Source: Candidatus Latescibacterota bacterium (GTDB taxonomy: Bacteria > Latescibacterota > UBA2968 > UBA8231). Taken from it: a stretch of DNA of 64,000 bases. The position numbers and the translations under genes are program-made. Shown in pieces: positions 27,224-37,127 of this stretch. The notes under the pieces are model-generated. The model did not search any database, was not told where the DNA came from, and was given only the letters and a program-made list of their open reading frames with translations. Numbering within the stretch: the stretch's first letter is position 1; each line of letters starts with the position of its first letter. The stretch spans positions 4,480,001 through 4,544,000 of the forward strand of contig OZ241362.1 of NCBI GenBank assembly GCA_965200315.1, given 5' to 3'.

Positions 27224-27288
27224 ATCGTTTCGCCTTGCGATTACAGGGGCCGCTCTTCTGAAGTTACTGACGGATGGTACGTCCGCCC

Positions 27289-30267
27289 TCAGCGAATCAA
27301 CGCCAACTTAGCCGTTTGAACCGCAGCGCCAGCTTGCAGCACGGCCCAATAGACCCCAGAAGCCACCTCCACACCCGCCTCCGTGCGGCCATCCCAACGC
27401 ACCCGATGCACCCCCGCATCCACCCAGCCATCGGCCAACACGCGAACCTGCTGGCCCATCAAGTTATAGACGGCAAGCCGCACCGGACCAGCCTCGGCCA
27501 AGGCAAAGGGAATGGTCACTTCTGCGTTGAAGGGCGTGGGAAAGGGATTGCCTAGGCCATCCGGTAACTCGGACAGGAGCCGTGGCCCGGCCGCCAGCTT
27601 GGCATTAAAAGGCTTCCACAACTTCACGTCCTTCAACTGCCAGCGGACAAAAGAGGCCGCACGGTCTTGGTTGATGATATTGCGAAACTCGATGACGTTT
27701 TGACCGGAGTGCTGCTGGGCGGCGTAGAGGACGAGATGCCACGTCGTCCAATCCTCGCTGGCTGGCAGCGCGGCGTATGGCTGTTCGTTGAGCAAAGGGA
27801 CGACTTCGCCATCGCTTGTTTCCCTGATCGAATACAGCAGCACGACATTGTGGCCGCCTCCGTCGAAAACGAACTTGACGCTGCGTGGATGCTCGGTGAC
27901 CGCCGGCGGACTATAGCCAAAAATTCCAGTGCTCGGCAGCGGCTCTAGCCATTCGCTGCCAATCTCGACTGGTATAGACCCGGTGGCCCCATCGGCCGTA
28001 AAAATCTGCACCGCGCCGCTGCGAGCCTCCGGCGGAACTCGGACGACGATGATGCCACTAGACCAAACCGCATAATCGTCGGCCTCGGCTTGTACACTGG
28101 GATTAAACAACACGTACCCCGTGCCGCGCTCGGGGCCAAAGTTGCCGCCGATCAGCGTTAGGTTCTCGCCAGCCTGTACTTGCGGTGGCGAAAGTTGCGC
28201 CAGATACGGACTGGCGATTTCCAAGTGGACGGCATTGCTGGTGGCTTCAGCCGTCGTAACGGTTACGTTGCCCGAAGGCGCGTTGAGCGGTACGCGAAAT
28301 CGTATCGCCTTGTCCGACCAAGTCGCAAACGAAGACACCGCGACCGAATCAATCCACGCGGAACTGTTGGCCCGCGAGAGGCCGAAATTGTCTCCGTCAA
28401 TTTGGATGAGATCGTCGGTCTTGGCCCCCGCATCTGTGCGCGTGTGATTGGTAATCACCTCAATGTAAGGCGACGAGACGACCACCTGCGCGCTGTCGCG
28501 GCCGACGCCAGTTATCACCTGCACCTTGCCGGTGCGAGCACCGGTCGGTACGAGCACTTGGATTTGCGCGTCGCTCCAAGCGAGATAGGCGGAATCGCTC
28601 GGCTCCTTGTCCGCGAAAAAGACCACTTTGCTCGTCCCTCTATCTGCGCCGAAACCTTGGCCGACGATAGTAGCTGTTTGGCCGTATTGAATGCGACGCG
28701 GCGAGACATCCGCAATTTGCGGCACTGAGACTGACAGCACGAGCTTGCCGTATCCCGTGCTGTTGTCTTTGCCCGGGGGGCCCAAGTCAACAGCGGCCTC
28801 GACGAGCGCCTGCCACAGACCGTCGCGCGAGAGCGACGGGTTGGCCGATTTGAGCAGGGCGGCGGCACCAGCCACGTGGGGAGTTGCAGCCGAGGTTCCC
28901 CCAAACAACCTCCATGCACCGTAAGAAGCCGTTGTCACGCCCGAAGGCGCGACGAGGTCGGGCTTGATGCGGCCATCCGCGGTGGGGCCGCGCGAGCTGT
29001 AGCTTGCCACTGTTCCCAAGTCCCACTGGTCGCGGTGAATCGCCCCAACGCTCAGCGCACCACGCGCGTCCGATGGAATCCCCAAGCTGCTAGTCGGAAC
29101 CGGATATTCGATGTCGTGGTGCCAAGACCACACTCGCAGCTTCTTGGGCGCGGCCTCGCCGACGCGGACCACGGAAATGCCATAAGTGCCCGCTCGCCCG
29201 GCAAAGTATTCGATAAACTCCACTGGGGCGCCGTTCCCCTGCACATCCGTGCTTTTATCAACTTCTTTGATGTTGCCAAACGCGTCTTGATGGTAGAGAT
29301 ATAGATCGTAATCCTGAGTGGTGGTGGGCCAATCGTCCCAAGTTAGCGTCACCCTTATGGCGTCGCCGATTTTGGCGGCAAAATTCACCGCGTCGTCGCC
29401 AGCGGCAAAATTGTGCCGATTGTCGTCATCGCTATCATGCCAAAAACCCGCGTAGTGCTTTTGGGCGTAGTTGCCGGCGGCGTTGACCCAGAGAATGCCA
29501 TTGTCAGCCGCGTCATTTACAATGTCGCAGATGATCCCGCGCCCGTCCCCAAAGCCCTCGCCCACCCAAGTCGCCGAGTAGTTTACGATGGCCACTCCGT
29601 TTTGTATGCAGCGGTCTTTGGCATTCTCCATATCCACTATATCCGCAACCTTATACAGATAGAGTTCGGCTTCTGGGGCCACGTCGTGGATGATCTCGGC
29701 ACACGCCGTGCCGTGGGCGTCCGTACCAGCGTATATCCCCGTGCCCGTATAGTCGCGCTGCCACCAACCCACCGGCATGTCTTCGTTCAATTTGTCAGCC
29801 CCCTTAAATCCACCGTCGATAATCGCGACCTTGACCCCTTGGCCCTTCGCGCCAGCAGCGTGATTTTCAAGAGCGTGGATGAGCGCTAAGCCTTCGCTAA
29901 GGGTCTGTTGCGCGTGCGGACGGCGTGGCCTGCGGACAAAGGCCACGCTTGGCAACTCAGACACCGCTCGCAGCGCTGCGGCCGGGACCGACACGCGCAT
30001 CAGGCTCTTGGACTGGGCCAAAATTTCAACGCCAAGGGCGACTAACGTCGTAGTGTCAATGGTGGCCGCCACGCCCGCCGCGGGCACCAAAATGACGACC
30101 ACATCTGAGCTGTCTGCCTCAGGAGTTGTCTTGGCCGCTGAGGGTCTGGCTAGTTCCCACAGTGCGCTTTCTATATTGGGAGGGCCGACGGGTTTGACTG
30201 GCGCAACGTCGAGGTCTTGCCCCCACAGGGGCACCACAAAGAGAAAAAAAAGAAAGATATAGCGCAC
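27289..30267 (-). CDS. Secreted S8 subtilase with IPT/TIG repeats and C-terminal FlgD/T9SS-like sorting domain
   Basis: Signal peptide; triad IIDGG, HGTAC, GTSAATP; KPDLVAP; three IxGxNFG-type Ig repeats; NPFPTPFN...YNLMGQ...WDG...SGVY tail. Confidence 0.9.
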   Translation of the reverse strand: MRYIFLFFLFVVPLWGQDLDVAPVKPVGPPNIESALWELARPSAAKTTPEADSSDVVVILVPAAGVAATIDTTTLVALGVEILAQSKSLMRVSVPAAALRAVSELPSVAFVRRPRRPHAQQTLSEGLALIHALENHAAGAKGQGVKVAIIDGGFKGADKLNEDMPVGWWQRDYTGTGIYAGTDAHGTACAEIIHDVAPEAELYLYKVADIVDMENAKDRCIQNGVAIVNYSATWVGEGFGDGRGIICDIVNDAADNGILWVNAAGNYAQKHYAGFWHDSDDDNRHNFAAGDDAVNFAAKIGDAIRVTLTWDDWPTTTQDYDLYLYHQDAFGNIKEVDKSTDVQGNGAPVEFIEYFAGRAGTYGISVVRVGEAAPKKLRVWSWHHDIEYPVPTSSLGIPSDARGALSVGAIHRDQWDLGTVASYSSRGPTADGRIKPDLVAPSGVTTASYGAWRLFGGTSAATPHVAGAAALLKSANPSLSRDGLWQALVEAAVDLGPPGKDNSTGYGKLVLSVSVPQIADVSPRRIQYGQTATIVGQGFGADRGTSKVVFFADKEPSDSAYLAWSDAQIQVLVPTGARTGKVQVITGVGRDSAQVVVSSPYIEVITNHTRTDAGAKTDDLIQIDGDNFGLSRANSSAWIDSVAVSSFATWSDKAIRFRVPLNAPSGNVTVTTAEATSNAVHLEIASPYLAQLSPPQVQAGENLTLIGGNFGPERGTGYVLFNPSVQAEADDYAVWSSGIIVVRVPPEARSGAVQIFTADGATGSIPVEIGSEWLEPLPSTGIFGYSPPAVTEHPRSVKFVFDGGGHNVVLLYSIRETSDGEVVPLLNEQPYAALPASEDWTTWHLVLYAAQQHSGQNVIEFRNIINQDRAASFVRWQLKDVKLWKPFNAKLAAGPRLLSELPDGLGNPFPTPFNAEVTIPFALAEAGPVRLAVYNLMGQQVRVLADGWVDAGVHRVRWDGRTEAGVEVASGVYWAVLQAGAAVQTAKLALIR

Positions 30268-30272
30268 GGCGA

Positions 30273-31226
30273 TCAGGGCTGGCGAGCTTTGTACGACTCG
30301 TGTGTGCCCTGCATCCCCAGCGCTTGCGTCCGCTCCAACAGCGCGAGCCGCTCGTCGTCAGCCAAGGGCGCCAACTGCCGGGCAAGGTCCGCATTCTGCC
30401 GCAGCTTTTCCAGCGAATCCATCCCGGAACACACAGTAGCCACCGGCAGGCTCATGGCGTAGCGCAAGCACTCTGCCGCCGTCGCCACACCCGTTGCGAG
30501 GATCGCTTCGGGCGACCCTCCCAAGGTCTTCATGGCGATGACCCCGATATTTTTTTCCACTGCGAGCGGCAGCACCTGCTTGACAAAGCTGAGGTAGTGC
30601 GGGTCGAACACGTTGATCGGCATTTGCGTGGCATCCCAAGCAAAGCCGCGCTCGATCATCTCCAAGTGCAGGGAGGGCAAGGTATGGCCGGTAAAGCCAA
30701 TGTAGCGAATTTTGCCCTCCTCTTTGGCTTTGAGCGCGGCCTCTAGCAGGCCCTGTTCGTAGATCCGCTCTGGATCGTCGGGCTGTCTGATGCTGTGAAA
30801 CTGCCATAGATCGATCACGTCGGTTTGCAGTCGGCGCAAGCTCTCTTCGAGGTGGGCAATCGCCCGCTTAGGGTGGCGGCTCGCGTCCTTAGTCATTAGA
30901 AATACGCGGTCGCGATAACCGCCGCGCAGCGCCTTGCCCATGCGTATCTCGCTCGCACCATTGGAATAACCCCAAGCATTGTCGAAGAAATTAATCCCCT
31001 CGTCGATGGCCGCGTGCATCAAGGCGATGGCCGCCTTCTCCTCCATGTTGCCGTGATCGGCCAGATGCGCGCCGCCCAAGCCGAGCAGAGAAACGGATTC
31101 GCCGGTGCGGCCCAAAATTCGGTGGGGCATGTCGCGATGGTTCGGAGCGGCATTTATGGAAAGGCCGGCGGCGGCCGCGGTCGAGAGCTTGAGGAAAGTG
31201 CGGCGGGAATAAGGTCTATCGTTCAT
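30273..31226 (-). CDS. Aldo/keto reductase with Tat signal
   Basis: SRRTFLK twin-arginine motif; FFDNAWGY, SLRRLQTDVIDL and GKIRYIG. Confidence 0.9.
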   Translation of the reverse strand: MNDRPYSRRTFLKLSTAAAAGLSINAAPNHRDMPHRILGRTGESVSLLGLGGAHLADHGNMEEKAAIALMHAAIDEGINFFDNAWGYSNGASEIRMGKALRGGYRDRVFLMTKDASRHPKRAIAHLEESLRRLQTDVIDLWQFHSIRQPDDPERIYEQGLLEAALKAKEEGKIRYIGFTGHTLPSLHLEMIERGFAWDATQMPINVFDPHYLSFVKQVLPLAVEKNIGVIAMKTLGGSPEAILATGVATAAECLRYAMSLPVATVCSGMDSLEKLRQNADLARQLAPLADDERLALLERTQALGMQGTHESYKARQP

Positions 31227-31354
31227 TAAGCGTACCTATCCTTGCGAGGTTGCGACCTAGCTTTCTTGACACTGGCAACCGCCTTTTTAATTGTGGATAT
31301 CTTTATCTTTCCCTTTTTGGGTGCTTTCTGTACGACGCGCTTTGTCTTTGTCAT
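31226..31354 (-). CDS. Unannotated 42-aa lysine-rich small protein
   Basis: MTKTKRVVQKAPKKGKIKISTIKKAVASVKKARSQPRKDRYA*; AAGGGA RBS; TAATG overlap with the AKR start. Confidence 0.55.
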   Translation of the reverse strand: MTKTKRVVQKAPKKGKIKISTIKKAVASVKKARSQPRKDRYA

Positions 31355-31405
31355 TTTTTGTTTCCCTTAGTAAGCCCAATAGACAATTCCTCAATTTCGC
31401 TGGGA

Positions 31406-31426
31406 TCGAGGGCGTCTCGCCCTCGA
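31406..31426. repeat. REP-like palindrome
   Basis: TCGAGGGCG-TCT-CGCCCTCGA perfect 9-bp stem. Confidence 0.5.
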
Positions 31427-31469
31427 AAACTGCTGGTAATGCAGCAGTCAATTCGGCCAAAAACAGCCC

Positions 31470-32258
31470 CTAGCCCCCACGGACCATCCCCCCCAGTAGA
31501 TTATCTCCGGTAATCAACTGTAGCGCCGTTGCCAGCAACATCCCATACACGACCCTATTAAACCACACGTCGCTAAATCGCTGAAGCAAAAACACGCCCA
31601 ACCGCACCCCAGCGTACGCCAGCGGAGCCAACAGCAACGTCGTCTTAAAAATGTCGGCGTGAAAAAGACCCAAGCCCCAATAGGGCGGCAGTTTGAGCAA
31701 GTTGAGCATGGCAAAGAAGATGACCGTGGTGCCGACGAACACGTGGCGCGGTAGCTGCTGTGGCAGCAGGTAGATGACCACCGGCGGTGCCCCGGCGTGA
31801 GCAATTGTCGAGGTAAAACCCGAGGCTGCCCCCATCAGCACGCCGGTGAGCGGCCCCGGGCGCTGCTTGCGCACGGCCCCGACAATCGCCGCCCGCCCAA
31901 ACTGGAAAGCGACAAACAGCAAGGCCAAGCAGCCCAGGCCCACCTCTAGAACGCGCTCGTGTTGACTGAAGTACCTAAAAAAAAAGGCCCCTGCGCCGAT
32001 CCCCAAGACGGAACCGGGCAGAAGCCGTTGGACGCTCATTTTGTCGAAGGTACGGCGGTAGTGCCGGACGGCGAACACATCGCAGGCGATCAACAGCGGC
32101 AGCAACAGGGCCGCCGCATCCGCCACCGAAACCGTCAGCGCCAAAAGCGGGGTGGCCAAAATCCCGATGCCGCCGCCAAAGCCGGCCTTGGCCACCCCCA
32201 TCAACAACACGGCCCCGACCGCGCAAACCCAGAAGGCGGCCGGGTAGGTCGGCAGCAC
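31470..32258 (-). CDS. TauE/SafE sulfite exporter family permease
   Basis: GVAKAGFGGG, AHAGAPP, FVGT...NLLKLPPY; about 8 TM helices. Confidence 0.88.
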   Translation of the reverse strand: MLPTYPAAFWVCAVGAVLLMGVAKAGFGGGIGILATPLLALTVSVADAAALLLPLLIACDVFAVRHYRRTFDKMSVQRLLPGSVLGIGAGAFFFRYFSQHERVLEVGLGCLALLFVAFQFGRAAIVGAVRKQRPGPLTGVLMGAASGFTSTIAHAGAPPVVIYLLPQQLPRHVFVGTTVIFFAMLNLLKLPPYWGLGLFHADIFKTTLLLAPLAYAGVRLGVFLLQRFSDVWFNRVVYGMLLATALQLITGDNLLGGMVRGG

Positions 32259-33028
32259 TATTCGCCTTCTACGTGCGTTACTTCGATATCTAGATCTTCG
32301 CGTTTGCGGACGTGATCGACTTGGCCATCTTTGACCCACACCACGCGGTCGGAGACGCTGAGCATCTTGTGGTCGTGGGTCGCCGAGATGACGGTCACAC
32401 CGGAATTCTCGTTCATTTCTTTGAGCAATTCGATGATTTCAGTGCCCGTGCGTAGGTCTAGGTTCCCGGTCGGCTCGTCGGCGAGGACGACGGCTGGGTC
32501 GTTGGCTAGGGCGCGGGCGACAGCCACGCGCTGCTGCTGGCCACCCGACAGTTCGTAGGGCTTGTGAGAGTACCGCTCGCCAAGACCCACCTTGACCAAC
32601 AGCTCCATGCCCTTGTCGCGGGCTTCGTCGCTGGTCAGGCCGGCAAATACCATCGGCAAGGTGACGTTTTCGAGCGCGGTCATCACCGGGATCAAGTTAA
32701 AAGACTGGAAGATATAGCCGATCTTGCGGCAGCGCAGCCAAGCTAGCTCATACGCATCGAGCTGGGCGACATCCACCTCGTCGATGTACACCTTGCCCTC
32801 CGAGGGCTTATCGAGACCACCGACCATGTTGAAGAAGGTGCTCTTGCCCGAGCCTGAAGGCCCCATGATCGACAGGTACTCGCCAGTGTAGATCTCCATA
32901 TCGACGCCGCGCAGGGCGTGAACCTCAATCTCGCCCATCACGTACGTTTTCTTTACCTGTTGGGTCCGTACTACCGTGCGTTTTTCCGCTTCTTGGACAG
33001 CAACCTCGCTCGGGGCGGTTTCGGTCAT
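32258..33028 (-). CDS. ABC transporter ATP-binding protein (LolD/MacB type)
   Basis: GPSGSGKS, LSGGQQQRVAVARAL and DEPTGNLD motifs. Confidence 0.93.
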   Translation of the reverse strand: MTETAPSEVAVQEAEKRTVVRTQQVKKTYVMGEIEVHALRGVDMEIYTGEYLSIMGPSGSGKSTFFNMVGGLDKPSEGKVYIDEVDVAQLDAYELAWLRCRKIGYIFQSFNLIPVMTALENVTLPMVFAGLTSDEARDKGMELLVKVGLGERYSHKPYELSGGQQQRVAVARALANDPAVVLADEPTGNLDLRTGTEIIELLKEMNENSGVTVISATHDHKMLSVSDRVVWVKDGQVDHVRKREDLDIEVTHVEGE

Positions 33029-33048
33029 TTCAGATCTCCTCTAAAGAA

Positions 33049-33750
33049 TCAAGTGTCGGAGCGCATGGCTTCGACCGGCTCCATCTTGGCCGCGCGGTAT
33101 GCTGGCAACATGGCACCGACTAGCGAAAGCAAAGTTCCCACCACCAAGGCGTAACCGGCCGATTCGGCGATGCCGCCCAGTGGAAAATAGGTGAACGTGT
33201 AACCGCCGTAATCGAGCAGAGCCAACCCCAGCGTCAGCGCAAAGCCAATGACGATCCCCGCCGAAGTTCCGGCCAACCCCTGAAAGGTCGATTCGAGCAG
33301 GAAGAGCTTGACGATAAAGGTGTCCAAGGCCCCGAGGCACTTCATGGTGCCGATCTCGCGGAACCGCTCGGTCACCGACATCAACATGGCGTTGGCAATG
33401 CCAACGACGCAGACCAACAGCGAGAGACTGATAAGCCAAGCCTGCTTGGATTGCTCTTCCTGCATGCGGGCCTTGGCCTCTGCGGAAGCGTCGCCGGCCT
33501 CCGTGACGCCGGTCTCAATGCCGTTTTTTTGCAACAGCAAGTTGATCTCGCTTTTGTCTGCGTCCCGCAGGCTGCTGATGATTTCGTTGTTGCTCCACAC
33601 CGACATTAAAAAGGCGATGGCCAGAATCACGCCGCTGGTGGTGATCAGCGAGCGGCCAAAGCGAATTTTCAGACTGCGAAAACTAATTTCTACTGCTTTA
33701 CTCATCGGCAGCACGATCTCCCGACCGCCTGCCAAACGCCTCTCAGACAT
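33049..33750 (-). CDS. FtsX-like ABC permease (short)
   Basis: GIANAMLMSVTERFREIGTMKCLGA and PAYRAAKMEPVEAMR motifs. Confidence 0.88.
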   Translation of the reverse strand: MSERRLAGGREIVLPMSKAVEISFRSLKIRFGRSLITTSGVILAIAFLMSVWSNNEIISSLRDADKSEINLLLQKNGIETGVTEAGDASAEAKARMQEEQSKQAWLISLSLLVCVVGIANAMLMSVTERFREIGTMKCLGALDTFIVKLFLLESTFQGLAGTSAGIVIGFALTLGLALLDYGGYTFTYFPLGGIAESAGYALVVGTLLSLVGAMLPAYRAAKMEPVEAMRSDT

Positions 33751-33779
33751 GGTTATTCTCCCAGCGTATGCTCGCGTTC

Positions 33780-33808
33780 ACAATACGTAAATAAAGGTAA
33801 AAAATCAA
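33780..33808 (-). promoter_or_regulatory. Possible sigma70 promoter for the ABC genes
   Basis: TTGATT-N17-TATTGT in an AT-rich gap. Confidence 0.45.
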
Positions 33809-33819
33809 CACTGCCCCAC

Positions 33820-35502
33820 TCAACTGCCCGTCCTAATTTCCACGAGGGGTAGCGGCGCGGAGTCGTGCGCGCCGCGATCGGCAACCATCTCGGCAAAAGC
33901 GACCGGCACCATGCTAACGCGCAAATCCCGCGCGCCCCGCGACTGCACTGGCTGCTCCAAGAACGACGCCATGGCACTCGGAGTGAACACGAGGTGATCA
34001 ATGGCAAAGTCGTTCACCAATGCCTCCAGTTGGCCAACGTGGCCGACCACCGGGCGACCAGCCAGCGGGCAGCCCCGCTGTTGGGAACCATCTCCCACCA
34101 CGCCGATTAGATCGCAGTGGACCATACCCGTGCTCTCTAGCTGATCGACGAAATGCACGGCAACCGCATCCGTTCCCACCAGCAGGGTGCGCAATCGGCC
34201 TTCGCGGCCGCGCTGGTGCAAAAACCAACGCACGACGAAGCGCCAACCGGCGATTAACAGCAAGTTGCAAAACCAAGCCGCGACCACAGCTAGCCGTGAG
34301 AAATTGTAAGCCTTAAAGAAGAACACCAGCATTGCGATGCAGGCAAACCCCAGCGTCACCCCCACTACCGACCACGCCACCGAGTAGCGACGGCGGTCGT
34401 ACAGGCCCGACGCGTAAAACGCCAACAGCCAAACCAAGGTCGAAGCACCGTACACAGCAGCCCATTGCAAATCCGAATACGGAGGCGGCACCAGCCAGCG
34501 CGTCGGCTGGACGTCGAGGCCGAAGAGATTGCCGACTTGCTCAATGCGGTAGATAAAAGGCATCAACTCTTGGTGGTAGCGCACCGCTAATCCCAGCTTC
34601 AAGCCACAGAGCACTAAGCCGGCGTCGATCAGCGGCATAGCCAAGGTGCGCCCCGCCCGGGCGAAGAGGCGGAACGTTCCGTGTAGCGCAATGCCCACCT
34701 GCAAAAGCCACAGCGGGAAGAAGCGATAGCGCCGCGCCATGTGCTTGTTGACAAAAATCGACATGGCTTGGCTCTTGCGATAGAGGATTTTTAGCGGCGT
34801 CCCTCGGCCACTCTCGCCGCGAAAGTGAATGATTGAGGTCGTTGGCACGTAGTAGATCTTCCAGCCGGCTTGGTGGAAGCGATAGCACCAGTCGATGTCC
34901 TCGCCGTACATGAAGTAGTCCTCGTCGAGCAGGCCGATTTGGTCCATGGCCGCTTTGCGCACCATCATGCACGATCCAGATAACACCTCGACTTCAGCCG
35001 TTTGCTCGGGATCGAGATACGTCATGTGGTAGTGGGCGATGAGCGGGTGCTTGGGAAAGAAGCGGCTCAGGCCCGACATCTTGCAGAAGGCAGCCAATGG
35101 CTTGGGAAAGCCGCGGCGGCTGTCGAGCTGCAAGGTGCCGTCCGGGTCGAGGATTTTGCACCCGCAGGCCCCGGCTTCCGGGTGCGCGTCCAAGAACTCT
35201 ACCATCGTGTGCAGCGCATCCTGACGCACAATGGTATCGGTGTTGATCAGTAGCGCATATTCTCCGACTACCTGCCGCAGGGCTACGTTGTTGCCGGCTG
35301 CAAAACCCACATTGGCCGCGTTGCGGATCAGCTTCACTTGCGGGAACTCCTCGGCTACCATGTCAGCGCTGCCGTCTGCCGAGGCATTGTCAACGACGAA
35401 TATCTCCACTTCTAGCCCTTCGGCTGCTGAGAGCACAGAACTCAGGGCCTGTCGGGTCAGGTCGCGGGTATTATAGTTGAGGAAGACGACGCTCAGTCGC
35501 AC
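33820..35502 (-). CDS. GT2 glycosyltransferase (rhamnosyltransferase-like) fused to TM and Rossmann-like domains
   Basis: VDNASADGS, NVGFAAGNN, DEDYFMYGEDIDWC; then 4-5 TM helices and RTLLVG. Confidence 0.85.
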   Translation of the reverse strand: MRLSVVFLNYNTRDLTRQALSSVLSAAEGLEVEIFVVDNASADGSADMVAEEFPQVKLIRNAANVGFAAGNNVALRQVVGEYALLINTDTIVRQDALHTMVEFLDAHPEAGACGCKILDPDGTLQLDSRRGFPKPLAAFCKMSGLSRFFPKHPLIAHYHMTYLDPEQTAEVEVLSGSCMMVRKAAMDQIGLLDEDYFMYGEDIDWCYRFHQAGWKIYYVPTTSIIHFRGESGRGTPLKILYRKSQAMSIFVNKHMARRYRFFPLWLLQVGIALHGTFRLFARAGRTLAMPLIDAGLVLCGLKLGLAVRYHQELMPFIYRIEQVGNLFGLDVQPTRWLVPPPYSDLQWAAVYGASTLVWLLAFYASGLYDRRRYSVAWSVVGVTLGFACIAMLVFFFKAYNFSRLAVVAAWFCNLLLIAGWRFVVRWFLHQRGREGRLRTLLVGTDAVAVHFVDQLESTGMVHCDLIGVVGDGSQQRGCPLAGRPVVGHVGQLEALVNDFAIDHLVFTPSAMASFLEQPVQSRGARDLRVSMVPVAFAEMVADRGAHDSAPLPLVEIRTGS

Positions 35503-36218
35503 GATCTAGCCCCTCGGTGGCGGCCCATGATCTTGTAGCCGCTGAAGTAGAGAATCTGTTTGGCAAAGAGTAGGTACTCGCGCAGGTCCAGCTTGCTGGT
35601 GCTGAACTGGCGGTTGCGAAAGATAAAAGGCACGGACCGATGCTGCCGATAGCGGCCCTTGACCAAAATTTCGAGCAGAATTTTGTAGCCCGAAGACGTG
35701 AGCACTAAGTCCTGTATCACTTGGCGGCGCAAACAAAAATAACCCGACAGCGGGTCCTCAACCCCGGTTAGCAGACGGGCCGTGCCCACGCCGACTTGCG
35801 AAATCAGCTTGCGGTGCCAAGCCCACCGTTCGACTCGACTAGTCTCCCCAAAGCGGCTACCCATGGCAATATCGCATTCGCGCAGGCTGCGTACGAGCTT
35901 GGGCAGGATCGCCGGGTCGTGGCTCAAGTCGGCGTCTATCACCCCGAGGTATGGTCGCACCGACTGCGCAAAACCCGCCATCACCGCCGACCCCAAGCCG
36001 AGCTTGCCCGGCCGATGTACCACCTCGACGGGATAGTGGGCCCCCAGCGATTCGGCCACCTCGCCGGTGCCGTCGGGCGAGTTGTCATCTACTACGATAA
36101 GCTCCAAGTCGATATCTGACTCTTGGCCGACGATCGCGAAGATTTCTTCGGCCAAAAGCGGCAGATTTTCCCGCTCATTGTACGTGGGCGTCACCAGCGA
36201 AATCTGTGTGGGGTCCAT
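35493..36218 (-). CDS. Polyprenol monophosphomannose synthase (Dpm1-like GT2)
   Basis: PTYNEREN, VDDNSPDGT, GLGSA and DADLSHDP motifs. Confidence 0.88.
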   Translation of the reverse strand: MDPTQISLVTPTYNERENLPLLAEEIFAIVGQESDIDLELIVVDDNSPDGTGEVAESLGAHYPVEVVHRPGKLGLGSAVMAGFAQSVRPYLGVIDADLSHDPAILPKLVRSLRECDIAMGSRFGETSRVERWAWHRKLISQVGVGTARLLTGVEDPLSGYFCLRRQVIQDLVLTSSGYKILLEILVKGRYRQHRSVPFIFRNRQFSTSKLDLREYLLFAKQILYFSGYKIMGRHRGARSCD

Positions 36219-36227
36219 GAGGATAGG

Positions 36228-37127
36228 CTAGCGGGCAAATTGGGGAAAGTCGCGGCGAAAAAGCGGGTCCGCAACGAGGCATTGCAGTCCCTCGGCAAAG
36301 CTCAGGGGCCGGCGACCGAGCGCGGCTTCCAGCGCGTCGGTACGCAGACCGGAGCGCAGGGGGCGCTCGGCTGGCAGCCCGGCTGCGCGGGTCGGCACAG
36401 GTTCGATCAATGCGCCGTCAATGCCAAAGAAACAGGCTATCTCCCGCGCCATCTCCCAGCGCGTCATAAAAGTCGCTCCGCCGGTGTGCAACAGGCCCCG
36501 CGCCTCTTGGCCGCACAGGGCCACCAAGGCGCGGGCCAAATCGCGGATATAGGTCGGGTTGCCCCACTGATCGGCAAAGACCCGCAGGGACTGACCGCTA
36601 GACAGCCCCCGCAACACCCAAGTGAGGAAGTTAGACCCGGCCTGCGGGACATAGCCGTACAGCCACAGGGTCCGCACGACTAGCACCCGCTCCATTTTCT
36701 TTAATATGCCCTCGCTTTCGAGTTTGAGCTGGCCGTAGCAAGACAGCGGATGGGTCGCATCTCTTTCGCCGTAGGGGCCGCGCTTGCCGTCGAAGACGTA
36801 ATCCGTGGAAATATGGACCAAGCCTGCGCCGGTCGCCTCGCAGGCCGCTGCCAGGTTCTCGGGAATATCGACGTTGGCTTGCCGCGCGGCCCGCGCGTCT
36901 TTTTCGCAGCCATCGACATCAGTCATGGCCGCGGCGTTGATCACCCAATCGGGTGCTAGTTCGGCGACGAGTGTGGCTACGGACTTGCGGTCGGCTAGGT
37001 CGACTTGGCAATAGGGAATGCCCGCGCCCGCGGGCCGGCGGCCGCAACCCATCCACTCGGCTTCCCCTGCCAAGGAGAGCAGAGTACGGCCCAAAAAGCC
37101 CGTGGCACCTGTCACCAAAATTCTCAT
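36228..37127 (-). CDS. rfbD: dTDP-4-dehydrorhamnose reductase
   Basis: GATGFLG, AAMTDVDGCE, STDYVFDG, YGQLK and DQWGNPT motifs. Confidence 0.9.
   Translation of the reverse strand: MRILVTGATGFLGRTLLSLAGEAEWMGCGRRPAGAGIPYCQVDLADRKSVATLVAELAPDWVINAAAMTDVDGCEKDARAARQANVDIPENLAAACEATGAGLVHISTDYVFDGKRGPYGERDATHPLSCYGQLKLESEGILKKMERVLVVRTLWLYGYVPQAGSNFLTWVLRGLSSGQSLRVFADQWGNPTYIRDLARALVALCGQEARGLLHTGGATFMTRWEMAREIACFFGIDGALIEPVPTRAAGLPAERPLRSGLRTDALEAALGRRPLSFAEGLQCLVADPLFRRDFPQFAR

Noticed and set aside
31292-31300. TGTGGATAT as a DnaA box
   Set aside because: Single 8/9 match inside a small ORF, expected by chance.
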